Below are positions 1 to 8,406 of a stretch of 64,000 bases of DNA, piece after piece. The DNA comes from an uncultured archaeon (GTDB lineage Archaea; Iainarchaeota; Iainarchaeia; Iainarchaeales; GCA-2688035). How positions within the stretch are numbered: position 1 is the stretch's first letter; each line of letters starts with the position of its first letter. Made by a program: the position numbers and the translations under genes. The DNA lies in the NCBI GenBank assembly GCA_964640195.1, contig CAZXIC010000003.1, positions 20,438 to 84,437 on the forward strand, written 5' to 3'. The notes below the pieces were generated by a model, which had not been told where the DNA came from, searched no databases, and worked only from the letters and a program-made list of their open reading frames with translations.

Positions 1-2
1 AG

Positions 3-131
3 GCGGTGGTAGGCATCGGGGCTGGCGCCATATTCTTGGGCCTTATCAGCTTGGCGCTGCAATTAACCGGCCTGTATGTTGTAGCGAAATTCCTATACAG
101 AAAATATAAAAAGTTCAGGGAAAAGAGGTAA
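3..131 (+). CDS. 3' end of a gene entering from the left edge; C-terminal hydrophobic helix plus basic tail
   Basis: Frame open from the window edge to TAA at 129-131. Translation is AVVGIGAGAIFLGLISLALQLTGLYVVAKFLYRKYKKFREKR. No family assignable. Confidence 0.3.
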   Translation, partial: AVVGIGAGAIFLGLISLALQLTGLYVVAKFLYRKYKKFREKR

Positions 132-140
132 AAAGGGCTT

Positions 141-1379
141 TTGCCCTCCTTTTCCCCTTTGCCGGGTGGTTGGTTGATTGACGAGGAACTTGTGGGTGTA
201 GCATACCGAAACCTCAAGATGCACAAGCTGAGGAGCAGCCTCACCCTGCTTGGCATAATCATCGGCATTGCAGCCATAGTTGCGCTTGTTTCAATCGGCG
301 AAGGGCTCAACCAGGCTGTTAACCAAGAGTTTGCAAAACTTGGCTTGGATACCCTTTTTGTCGAGCCAGGCAGCGGGGCAGGCTTTTCAACAGCTGTTAG
401 CAGGACACTACGCGAAGAGGACATAGACATCATTGAGGGGATTCCTGGAGTGGAAGCCGCAATGGGCTTCTACGAGACAGCCGCGATTGCAAAGTTCAGG
501 GACAAGCAGGCATCTGTCCTTATAGCAGGCTATGACCCAGACAAGGTAGACTACCTGGAGAAAGCGGGTTACATAGAGGTGGTAAAGGGGAGGAACCTTG
601 AGTCAACAGACAGGTATTCTCTGATTATAACAGAAACATTTGCAGCAGACGGCTTTCCGGATGAACAACTCAAGGTAAGAGACAGCCTGGAGATAGATGG
701 GCAGAAATTCAAGATTGTGGGGATAAGCAGGGACATAAGCTCTTTCATGGGCGGCGGGCTTGCAATCAATTTCTTCTGGCTGCCCAAGAAAACAGTGCAG
801 GATTTTTTTGGTGAGAAAGACCCTGTGGAGATTGCCGTGAAGGCAACCGACAGGCACGTTGTGGATGAAGTGGTGGAAAAGGTGGAGCAAAGGCTCAAGA
901 GAGCCCACGGCGAAGAGGACTTTTACGTCCTTACAACTGAAAACATAATGGAAGCCGCAGGCATTGTGCTCGGATTGGTCCAGCTTGTCTTAATCGGGCT
1001 AGCAGCCATCTCCCTCTTTGTCGGCGGCATTGGGATAATGAACACAATGCTGATGAGTGTTCTGGAGCGCACTAGGGAGATTGGCGTAATGAAGGCAGTT
1101 GGCGCAACAAACACGCACGTTCTCTCAATCTTCCTTACGGAAGCGGCACTTATCGGCGGTGTTGGCGGGATAATCGGCATTGCATTCGGCTTGCTTATTG
1201 CAGCGCTTGTTTCAGTCGTTGCAACTGCGCTGGGCTTTGCTTTGCCTGTTGGCCTTAACATCTTTGCGCTCATCGGGGCGCTGCTGTTTGCAATGCTTGT
1301 TGGAATGGTTTCAGGCTACTACCCTGCAAGGAGAGCCGCGCTCCTTGAACCAGTGGAGGCGTTAAGGTATGGGACATAA
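141..1379 (+). CDS. ABC transporter permease, FtsX/MacB-type (periplasmic MacB-like domain plus FtsX domain)
   Basis: N-terminal TM helix (LRSSLTLLGIIIGIAAIVALVSIGEG), a large extracytoplasmic domain, and a C-terminal FtsX block (GGIGIMNTMLMSVLERTREIGVMKAVGAT...YPARRAALLEPVEALRY). The TTG start is uncertain. Confidence 0.85.
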   Translation: MPSFSPLPGGWLIDEELVGVAYRNLKMHKLRSSLTLLGIIIGIAAIVALVSIGEGLNQAVNQEFAKLGLDTLFVEPGSGAGFSTAVSRTLREEDIDIIEGIPGVEAAMGFYETAAIAKFRDKQASVLIAGYDPDKVDYLEKAGYIEVVKGRNLESTDRYSLIITETFAADGFPDEQLKVRDSLEIDGQKFKIVGISRDISSFMGGGLAINFFWLPKKTVQDFFGEKDPVEIAVKATDRHVVDEVVEKVEQRLKRAHGEEDFYVLTTENIMEAAGIVLGLVQLVLIGLAAISLFVGGIGIMNTMLMSVLERTREIGVMKAVGATNTHVLSIFLTEAALIGGVGGIIGIAFGLLIAALVSVVATALGFALPVGLNIFALIGALLFAMLVGMVSGYYPARRAALLEPVEALRYGT

Positions 1380-1402
1380 ATGGAGTGAAAAGCGAATGGG
1401 GT

Positions 1403-1511
1403 ACAGCCGCTGTTCGCCGGCTGGTAGGGCAAGGCAAATGCGAGCCGAAGGCGGGCACATCGGATTCGCAAAGCGAATCCGATTAATTCACAGCCGGAAT
1501 TCGCCGGCTGG
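1403..1511. repeat. Imperfect 22-nt direct repeats (1403-1424 and 1490-1511) bracketing a 9-bp-stem hairpin (1461-1481)
   Basis: acagccgctgttcgccggctgg versus acagccggaattcgccggctgg. Hairpin is cggattcgc-aaa-gcgaatccg. Sits in the 139-nt spacer between the two permease paralogues. Confidence 0.4.
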
Positions 1512-1518
1512 GGCATGA

Positions 1519-2724
1519 TTGAAAATGGCGTTAATTGATTTCGAGTTGTTCCAGGTTGCTTACAGGAACCTCAGGGCAAGGCAACTGCGTTCTTTCCTGA
1601 CGATTCTCGGGATGGTGATTGGGATTTCCGCAATCGTTGCGCTCATTTCGCTTGGGCAGGGCCTTGAGCGCTCTGTTTCCGAGCAGTTTGAATCACTGGG
1701 AACAAACACCCTTGTTGTCTTGCCAGGCGGCGGTTTTGTGGAAAGCGTTTTGGCAAAGCTCAATGAAAAGGACGTTGACACGGTGGAAGAAGTCAAGGGA
1801 GTGAACTTTGCTGCTGCCGTGTATGTTACAGCCCAGCAGATTGAGTTTAAGGGCGAGAACTATACGACTATTTTTGGGGGCGTTGACCCTGACAAAACAG
1901 GCAAGCTTGGCTTAATCGGGATAATGGAAATCGCCGAGGGGAGAGAGCTCACAAAGCAGGACAATACTGCTGTTGTGGTCGGCAGCAAGTTTGGTGAAAA
2001 GGTTCTGAAGGAGGACCTGCACCTGAAGCAGAACTTTGAGATGTCTGGAACAAAGCTGAGGGTGGTTGGCATACTGGAGGAAAGCAAGAACAACATTGGG
2101 GCAATGTTTAACACCGCTGTTGTGATGAACAGCGAGACGCTCCAGGAACTGACTGAAGAGGAGCTGACGCCCTTCAGGATAATCGTTGATGTTCTTCCCT
2201 CCGAAGACTTGGATGAGGTAAAGGAACGCATTTCCGAGAGGCTGGAAAAAGAGCACGACAAGAAGGATTTCCAGGTTGTGGCAATGCAGCAGATTGCAGA
2301 CATCGCAGGAAGCGTTATCGGAATTATCGGCCTTGTGCTGATTGGGATTGCAGCCATTTCCCTGCTTGTCGGCGGCATTGGGATAATGAACACAATGCTG
2401 ATGAGTGTCATGGAGCGCACTAGGGAGATTGGCGTAATGAAGGCGATCGGCGCAACGACAACAAAAATTATTGCAATCTTCGTTGTTGAATCCGGAATGA
2501 TTGGTTTGGTTGGCGGGATAATCGGCTTGCTGCTTGGCGTTGGCATCTCCGGGCTTATTTCACTAATAGCGGAACTGGCCGGCATGCCGCTCAGGACAGC
2601 GGTAACCACAGAGCTTGTAATTGGGGCGCTTGCATTCAGCATGGCGGTTGGAATGCTCTTTGGGGTTTACCCTGCAAAGAGGGCTGCCTCAACCGACCCA
2701 GTGGAGGCTTTGAGGTATGAGTAA
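1519..2724 (+). CDS. ABC transporter permease, FtsX/MacB-type (paralogue of 141..1379)
   Basis: Same architecture and a near-identical FtsX block (GGIGIMNTMLMSVMERTREIGVMKAIGAT...YPAKRAASTDPVEALRYE). Confidence 0.85.
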   Translation: MKMALIDFELFQVAYRNLRARQLRSFLTILGMVIGISAIVALISLGQGLERSVSEQFESLGTNTLVVLPGGGFVESVLAKLNEKDVDTVEEVKGVNFAAAVYVTAQQIEFKGENYTTIFGGVDPDKTGKLGLIGIMEIAEGRELTKQDNTAVVVGSKFGEKVLKEDLHLKQNFEMSGTKLRVVGILEESKNNIGAMFNTAVVMNSETLQELTEEELTPFRIIVDVLPSEDLDEVKERISERLEKEHDKKDFQVVAMQQIADIAGSVIGIIGLVLIGIAAISLLVGGIGIMNTMLMSVMERTREIGVMKAIGATTTKIIAIFVVESGMIGLVGGIIGLLLGVGISGLISLIAELAGMPLRTAVTTELVIGALAFSMAVGMLFGVYPAKRAASTDPVEALRYE

Positions 2725-3277
2725 AGAATCTGAAAATATCCCGGGGGTTCTGAAGGGCAACCTGAATTACATGATTTTGCGCGCACTTAGGAAAGGCCCC
2801 CTGCACGGATATGCGATAATCAAGGCGATTGAGGGCATTACGGGAGAGCTGTGGAAGCCGACCACCGGCAGCGTTTATCCTGCCCTCGCACAACTTGAAA
2901 AAGACGGCCTCATCGGCGTTAAGAGGGAGGAGGGAAAAGGCAGGAAGCGCAAATTCTACTGCATCACCAGAAAGGGCGCAGCGGAGCTGCAAGAGAGGAG
3001 GCGGATGATTACAAGCATTATAAGGAAAACACACGACATGTTCCATCACCTCTTCCCGAAAGACCTCCAAGAACACTCGCAGCTGCTTACGCTGATCGAG
3101 GAAAGCAAGTTCCTCTACAAAGACATCGTTGGCGTGAAGCTTAACTTCGTGAAAATGATGCAGCTGAGCAAGCAGGGAAAGGTCAGTGTGGAAAGCAAGC
3201 AGGCGGTAAAGAAAAAAATCCAGGAACTGAACAAACTAATTCTAGACGCAATAAATACTGCGGAAAAGAAAAAATAA
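2717..3277 (+). CDS. PadR-family transcriptional regulator
   Basis: LNYMILRALRKGPLHGYAIIKAIEGITGELWKPTTGSVYPALAQLEKDGLI...KFYCITRKG is the PadR wHTH signature. Overlaps the upstream permease by 8 nt, suggesting an operon. Confidence 0.85.
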   Translation: MSKESENIPGVLKGNLNYMILRALRKGPLHGYAIIKAIEGITGELWKPTTGSVYPALAQLEKDGLIGVKREEGKGRKRKFYCITRKGAAELQERRRMITSIIRKTHDMFHHLFPKDLQEHSQLLTLIEESKFLYKDIVGVKLNFVKMMQLSKQGKVSVESKQAVKKKIQELNKLILDAINTAEKKK

Positions 3278-3280
3278 GCA

Positions 3281-3323
3281 ATCAACTTTTTGGTTGAACA
3301 AAATTCAACCGAACGTATATTAA
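3281..3323 (+). promoter_or_regulatory. Conserved promoter/operator block, copy 1: 17-nt palindrome atcaactttttggttga, aattcaaccg half-site, TATA-like gtatattaa
   Basis: The same block with the same spacing occurs at 9261-9305. The palindrome alone also occurs at 11481-11497. Confidence 0.45.
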
Positions 3324-3365
3324 TTCCCCGAACAGCAATCCTTAGCGGCTGAAACCAAACTTTGT

Positions 3366-3725
3366 TTGGTTTACCTGCTCGGAAGCGGGGCTGCACGCTT
3401 GGCTTTTAGAGCCCGTGCAGCGCGCTTCCAAACGCGGGGAGAAGTGGTGTCGGTGGGGATAACGGTTTCGGAGCTTGCTTACTTGCGGATTTTAAGAGAG
3501 CGGGTTCCGAATGCAACCCCACAGCACGTTAAAACAATGCTCTGCCTCCTGCACGAAAGGCAGAGCTACCTCACATTGGAGGAGCTGGAGCAGAGCACAA
3601 AGATTCACAACGGAGAGCTGCGGAAAATAATGCGGCAGTTTACTGCAAAGCGCCTGGTTGAAAGGGAAGGATGCCTTTTCAAGAAACCTGGGACAGAAAG
3701 GATAGTTGAGATCATTACATGCTGA
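3366..3725 (+). CDS. Small winged-helix DNA-binding protein; true start probably downstream of the called TTG
   Basis: LTLEELEQSTKIHNGELRKIMRQFTAKRLVEREG looks like a wHTH recognition helix plus wing. The called start lies inside a hairpin (3352-3372). Confidence 0.4.
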   Translation: MVYLLGSGAARLAFRARAARFQTRGEVVSVGITVSELAYLRILRERVPNATPQHVKTMLCLLHERQSYLTLEELEQSTKIHNGELRKIMRQFTAKRLVEREGCLFKKPGTERIVEIITC

Positions 3726-3740
3726 TACAAGTGGTTTTCA

Positions 3741-3995
3741 GTGAAATTCTATGTTGATACTTCAGTTTGGAGAGATTATTCTGAATTTAATGAAATTATT
3801 ACCAGAGTCAACCATACTGAAAAGCAGGCAGAAGAAGCGCGCATTTTCTGCAGGATACACAATTACATCTTCCCATTTGCTGACGTTCTGCATTCCATCA
3901 TTGCTAGGGACGAAAAATCAACAGTCGTAACCAGAGACAAACACTTTGAGGGCATCGAAATTGCTGAAGCACATGCGCCAGAGGAAATATTTTAA
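3741..3995 (+). CDS. Shortened PIN-like (VapC-like) domain protein
   Basis: N-terminal KFYVDTSVW and C-terminal FADVLHSIIA...VVTRDKHF match the PIN acidic motifs. It is only 84 aa versus about 130 for typical PIN domains. GTG start. Confidence 0.4.
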   Translation: MKFYVDTSVWRDYSEFNEIITRVNHTEKQAEEARIFCRIHNYIFPFADVLHSIIARDEKSTVVTRDKHFEGIEIAEAHAPEEIF

Positions 3996-4291
3996 GTTTT
4001 CCAACCATACTTCTTTGCAAGCTCTTTCTCCAATTGCTTGCTGAAAACGTTACTCCTCCAGTTGTGCCACTCCTCATCTGTTTTGAATCTCCCTTTCCCC
4101 TTAAATATGCCTCTTGCAGCAAACAGCGCCTGCCAGGCCTCCTGCTTTGCTCTCTTTTCCTTAAGCTCGGCAAGCTTTTCCCTGATTGCCTCCCTAATGA
4201 ACTCTGTCTTCGTGCTGTAATGCCCGAAACGCATACACGCAACAATCTCCTTTGCAAGCGCGCTGTCCAACTTCAAAGAAACGCTCTGCAT
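3992..4291 (-). CDS. Ribbon-helix-helix (CopG/Arc-like) protein
   Basis: Internal ATG at 4291 gives MQSVSLKLDSALAKEIVACMRFGHYSTKTEFIREAIREKLAELK, an RHH beta-alpha-alpha pattern. The longer ORF-track version would overlap the next gene. Confidence 0.5.
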   Translation of the reverse strand: MQSVSLKLDSALAKEIVACMRFGHYSTKTEFIREAIREKLAELKEKRAKQEAWQALFAARGIFKGKGRFKTDEEWHNWRSNVFSKQLEKELAKKYGWKT

Positions 4292-4325
4292 AATACAAAA
4301 TAATACTAAGTAATATTTAAAAAGA

Positions 4326-4868
4326 TTACTGCTTTTGCCGCTTTCCGCCGAAGCTTGCGGCAACCCTCCCGTACGCAATATCGAACAGCAGGAAAGCGGC
4401 AAAGTAAACCATTTCAAACGCGCCGAGCAGGGCAAATGCAAGTACTGCTATTTTCATAAAAAAGCGGTAGCGGAAAAACAATTCAACAAATTTAACCTTA
4501 ACCGTGTTTTTATCTGCGTAATTATTTCCCACTTCGTCCAGAACGCCGGCAATTGTGAGCACAATTAACGGGGCAATTAAGAACGAGAAGGCGCTCGCCC
4601 AATACAGCACTGCAACCACAATTATTGCACCTACAAAGAATGCCAGGTTGTCAACCTTGCGCCCTAGCAGGCAGCTCAGCAGCACTGCCATCAGAATCGT
4701 TGCAGCCGGCGCGCTTGACAGCATCGTGAAAGCAAAAAGCAGTGCGGTTGGAATTGCGAGCAGGAAAGCGGCGCGCTTGCTGAACGCTGCCCTGTCAAAA
4801 GCAGCATCTATCGCAGCGAGCAATGCGCCAAGAAAAGGAAAAGAGACAAGCAAGAACAGTTCGGGCAT
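4326..4868 (-). CDS. Polytopic membrane protein, unknown family
   Basis: Start moved to the ATG at 4868 (MPELFLLVSFPFLG...). Several hydrophobic helices. No recognisable motif. Confidence 0.45.
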   Translation of the reverse strand: MPELFLLVSFPFLGALLAAIDAAFDRAAFSKRAAFLLAIPTALLFAFTMLSSAPAATILMAVLLSCLLGRKVDNLAFFVGAIIVVAVLYWASAFSFLIAPLIVLTIAGVLDEVGNNYADKNTVKVKFVELFFRYRFFMKIAVLAFALLGAFEMVYFAAFLLFDIAYGRVAASFGGKRQKQ

Positions 4869-4891
4869 ATGGGGTCTGAGATAAAATAAAA

Positions 4892-5689
4892 CTATCTTAG
4901 AAGATTTGTTAATTTTTCCCAAGGTTTATTATTAAAACCCCGGAGTACAATATTGAAGTGCCTTTTTTCCAATAATAGCAGTGGGGGGTTAACCGCCAAT
5001 GCTAGCCCTGCTGAATTGAATAGCTCTAGGTCCTCAACACTATTTCCTGCAAAAAAAATTCTATTTTTATCTTTAGATTTTAAACAATATTTTCTTAATA
5101 CCTCTTTTTTAAATGTAGGCAAATCTAGAAAATTCATTTCATATTCCCCGCTAAACTTCTTTTTCCCCCTGGAGTCAATTTTATAATCCATGCTCCAATG
5201 GCCATCAAAAGATAATTCTTTTACAACAATATCTGCAATAAATTTTGGAGCCAGAGATACCAATATAGAGTTAATGCCTTTACTCTTCAAGAATTTGGTA
5301 AATTCCCCTACTCCGACACATAAATTGATTATAAATTTTTGGGCGCAAGAAGAAAATTCCGCATAACTTTCATTCTTAAGAAGAAGAATAAATTTGTTAT
5401 AAATATCATAAAATTCCATCTTTTTGCTTAGCGATATTAAACTATTTAATCTTGCCTTTTTTTTAATATATTTTTTTTCACCAAGGAGAGCATGCTCTGC
5501 AAATATCTTCATTGTAACGTCTAAAATAAAAAAAGAGGGGTATATTGTTCCATCCAAATCAAAGAATGCATACTTAGTATTATCTAATTTGACTTTTATC
5601 TCCTCAAGCGTAAGTTCATTTCCTATAAAGACTCCTGCGGAAACTTTAGTATACTCTTTACCCAAATTATAAAAAGTATTTTCCATCAT
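4892..5689 (-). CDS. HAD-superfamily hydrolase (HAD-IB/SerB-like)
   Basis: Motif I is FFDLDGTIYPSF, with GNSVEDLELF (motif IV-like) near the C-terminus. AT-rich gene. Confidence 0.6.
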   Translation of the reverse strand: MMENTFYNLGKEYTKVSAGVFIGNELTLEEIKVKLDNTKYAFFDLDGTIYPSFFILDVTMKIFAEHALLGEKKYIKKKARLNSLISLSKKMEFYDIYNKFILLLKNESYAEFSSCAQKFIINLCVGVGEFTKFLKSKGINSILVSLAPKFIADIVVKELSFDGHWSMDYKIDSRGKKKFSGEYEMNFLDLPTFKKEVLRKYCLKSKDKNRIFFAGNSVEDLELFNSAGLALAVNPPLLLLEKRHFNIVLRGFNNKPWEKLTNLLR

Positions 5690-6446
5690 ATTTCCTGGAA
5701 ATTTTTACTATGCCTCTTAAAATTCTTAAGCCTTTTTCTGTTTCAATAAGGTTACCTAAATGGACTGCATCTGCTCCTTGAGCAAAAAGTTTTTTTGCTT
5801 GCTCAATTTTTTTTATACCGCTTGTGGGGATAAGAAATAAGTCAGTATTTCTTTTAATTAATCCAATATGATCCAATGGAGGAGGCAACATTGCACCAGA
5901 ACCTCCTGCCATTATATAGAAACGCATGCCTAAATATTGAGCGGCTAATGCCATGGCTAAACTAAGTTCTGGCTTTTTGCGTGGTATAGGAAAGGACCTT
6001 GCCAGCCAATTCGATGAACCTACAACCCCTCGTTCATCAAATACATAGGCTGTAGGCAATAACTCAAAATTTTTTTTACTCATTGGGATTGCATTTAGTA
6101 TCAGATTATCCCTAAGAAAGAATATGTTTTCTGCATTTAAGACACTCATCCAATAAGCTGCTGTTTTGTCTTTAATTCCTCTTAAAAGGCCAAGAGAATT
6201 ATTTGTGATATAACTTACTGTAGTAAAATCAAAATCTTTAGTCGCAATTTTAATTACATTTTGCATCTGGGCTGCATTTATAATACTCCCTCCAATTGCA
6301 ATGTGGGAGATATTAAGTTCTTGAATCTCCTTTAAAACCAAATGAAGGTGGCTCTCGCTATATTCTTCTGGGTCTATCTGCGGTATTACGAGGGGATGTT
6401 CTGCCCTAAGTTTGTATATCTTTTTCTCGATTGGGCCAATTTTCAA
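5667..6446 (-). CDS. GGGPS/PcrB-family prenyltransferase (geranylgeranylglyceryl-phosphate-synthase-like TIM barrel)
   Basis: The motif series QIDPEE, IAIGGS, VLNAEN, YIMAGGSGA and GADAVHLGNLIE parallels KLDPD, ISGT/GGS, VLNS, YxExGSGA and GADxIVVGN of GGGPS/PcrB. Overlaps the HAD gene by 23 nt. Confidence 0.7.
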   Translation of the reverse strand: MKIGPIEKKIYKLRAEHPLVIPQIDPEEYSESHLHLVLKEIQELNISHIAIGGSIINAAQMQNVIKIATKDFDFTTVSYITNNSLGLLRGIKDKTAAYWMSVLNAENIFFLRDNLILNAIPMSKKNFELLPTAYVFDERGVVGSSNWLARSFPIPRKKPELSLAMALAAQYLGMRFYIMAGGSGAMLPPPLDHIGLIKRNTDLFLIPTSGIKKIEQAKKLFAQGADAVHLGNLIETEKGLRILRGIVKISRKYDGKYFL

Positions 6447-6452
6447 TGCGGT

Positions 6453-7586
6453 TCACCCTTCTGAAAATATTAGAGCTAAATGTCCTTGGGAAAGATCTAT
6501 CGAAGGTTTTCTAAACAAAATGTTCTTATTTAAAGCTTTACTATATATCCCACTCAACAAACCACTAATCATTATAAATTCTACATCTTTAGCATATTTA
6601 GTCCATGGAAAATGATTTATAACTACCTGTTGTTTAGTACCCGGCAACGCAATAACCTCCCCCCATCCTAGCGCGGATAAGAGTTCTACTACACTTTGCA
6701 AATCTTTCATGCCAAATTCAGGAAATAAGTTTTTGCCTGTCGAAACAGCTATTTCAAACATTTTGTCTCTCATAACTTTGGGCAAGGCTAATTCAAGCAT
6801 ATAGATTGCACTAACCTCCATAAGAAATAACCTTTCTGCCCCGTGGGTGATTATCCCCCTATTGTACTTGAAAAGTTTAGAATCTAGAAATGTTTGAAAA
6901 GATTTTTTGTATCTAATTTTTGTCTCTATATTAAGTTTTCTGTAAGTAGCGAAATCAGGCTTAAGATCATCCACGTTTGTTTCCTTGAATACGCCCGAAG
7001 AAAAATATTTTTCTAAGATTTGAGGAACCGCACATTTAACCTTACAAGTATGCTCTTTGCCAGCAAATTTACTATCGTACAAGCAACCTTCAATTTTTGG
7101 TTCTTGTAATATCCATGCCACTACACCTGCCGCGCCCCCTGTTGCTAAGAAGTAATCATATCCCAATTTTCGGCATACGGCAAAATTTCTTAAAGAATAA
7201 TCAACAGTTCGATTTTCAACATTGGTACTTTGTGCTATCTCTGTAGCATAGGTCCCCTCCACAAATTTACTTGCAATAGTGATCCATTTTTTTACTGCAT
7301 TACCAGGATGGTCCTTAATATTTTCAAATCTACCAAGTTGTGAAAATCGATAGCCAAATCTTTTACCTAAAGAGTACATTACTTGCTTCCCCCTATCCCC
7401 AAAACCTCCTACCAGATTCTTCTCTAAGTTAACAAAGAAAGATTCTGGGACCAACAATTGTCTGGCAAAAATATTGGTTTTCCCAGATATTTTGAAATCC
7501 ACAAAGCCAGGCATGTTGAAAATAAGTGCTCTGGGCATTATGTATCGTTGGACATAAAATCGCACTACTTTGTCTTGAAGATCCAT
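6453..7586 (-). CDS. Tandem V4R (4-vinyl-reductase) domain protein
   Basis: The first half ends in GGAAGVVAWILQEPKIEGCLYDSKFAGKEHTCKVKC (a V4R C-terminal Cys pattern). The second half carries LSALGWGEV. Alignable by eye with the single-domain V4R ORFs at 12239..12808 and 49435..49998. Confidence 0.6.
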   Translation of the reverse strand: MDLQDKVVRFYVQRYIMPRALIFNMPGFVDFKISGKTNIFARQLLVPESFFVNLEKNLVGGFGDRGKQVMYSLGKRFGYRFSQLGRFENIKDHPGNAVKKWITIASKFVEGTYATEIAQSTNVENRTVDYSLRNFAVCRKLGYDYFLATGGAAGVVAWILQEPKIEGCLYDSKFAGKEHTCKVKCAVPQILEKYFSSGVFKETNVDDLKPDFATYRKLNIETKIRYKKSFQTFLDSKLFKYNRGIITHGAERLFLMEVSAIYMLELALPKVMRDKMFEIAVSTGKNLFPEFGMKDLQSVVELLSALGWGEVIALPGTKQQVVINHFPWTKYAKDVEFIMISGLLSGIYSKALNKNILFRKPSIDLSQGHLALIFSEG

Positions 7587-7595
7587 CGTCTCAAC

Positions 7596-8396
7596 CTAAG
7601 ACTCAATCTCAAACTCAATTCCTTTGCTAGTTATATTATAAGATTTTATGCCCCCATCTATTGAGGAGTATCTCATCTTTCTAACTTGTATTGTTCGATT
7701 AAATTGTTCCCCTACGGTCAATACATTTAGAACTAAAACACCATCCGTTATAAATTCACTCACCCCATCTGCGCTCAGGGCTTTTATTTCTTCAGATAAT
7801 TCACTTGTAAGCAAGCTTGTAACCCCATATTTCTTCAATTCTTTTATTAGTTTGTACAAAATGCTTTTTGCCACAATCTGCTCCGTTCTTGGAATCGGTG
7901 AAACTGTTTCCGCTATTTGCACAAGTGAGAAGCCGCCTTTTTCTCCCAGCCCGCCGATTATAAGAGCGTCAGTCAGCGTGGTCATGCTGTCAACTGTTAC
8001 GCGCTTGGGCTTGAATTCCTTGATTAAAACATCAACTTTCTGCATAAAATCGTCTCCTGAAGTGATATCAAAATACAGGATCTTAATCAGATTCTTGCTT
8101 TGCAGCGCCTTCAAGTCCCAGCCAAACTTTTCGGCATGCTTTTGCAATTCCTCTTCACTCTGCTCCGTGCTGATGTAAAGCCCTTTCTCGCCAAAAACCT
8201 GGGCGCCATTTATCAAAAACTGCAGGCAAAGAGTGCTCTTACCAGTTCCAGCGCCGCCACTGACCAAAACAAGGTTTGCCTCAGGAATGCCACCCATCAG
8301 CACCTTGTCTAAGCCCTGAATGCCTGTTTTTGTCCTGGACATTTCAATAATATAACCGTCCTCTTGTATATAAATTTTTCTTAAAGGAGAAAGCAT
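7596..8396 (-). CDS. KaiC-like / RecA-superfamily ATPase (single domain)
   Basis: TGIQGLDKVLMGGIPEANLVLVSGGAGTGKSTLCLQFLINGA (Walker A) and RVTVDSMT (Walker B-like). An alternative ATG at 8342 (MSRTKTG) is the likelier start. Confidence 0.85.
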   Translation of the reverse strand: MLSPLRKIYIQEDGYIIEMSRTKTGIQGLDKVLMGGIPEANLVLVSGGAGTGKSTLCLQFLINGAQVFGEKGLYISTEQSEEELQKHAEKFGWDLKALQSKNLIKILYFDITSGDDFMQKVDVLIKEFKPKRVTVDSMTTLTDALIIGGLGEKGGFSLVQIAETVSPIPRTEQIVAKSILYKLIKELKKYGVTSLLTSELSEEIKALSADGVSEFITDGVLVLNVLTVGEQFNRTIQVRKMRYSSIDGGIKSYNITSKGIEFEIES

Positions 8397-8406
8397 AGAT
8401 AAAGGC

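Noticed and set aside
1860-2642. 260-aa minus-strand ORF
   Set aside because: It is antisense to the second FtsX permease, whose FtsX signature is clear. Ser/Ile/Pro-rich shadow translation.
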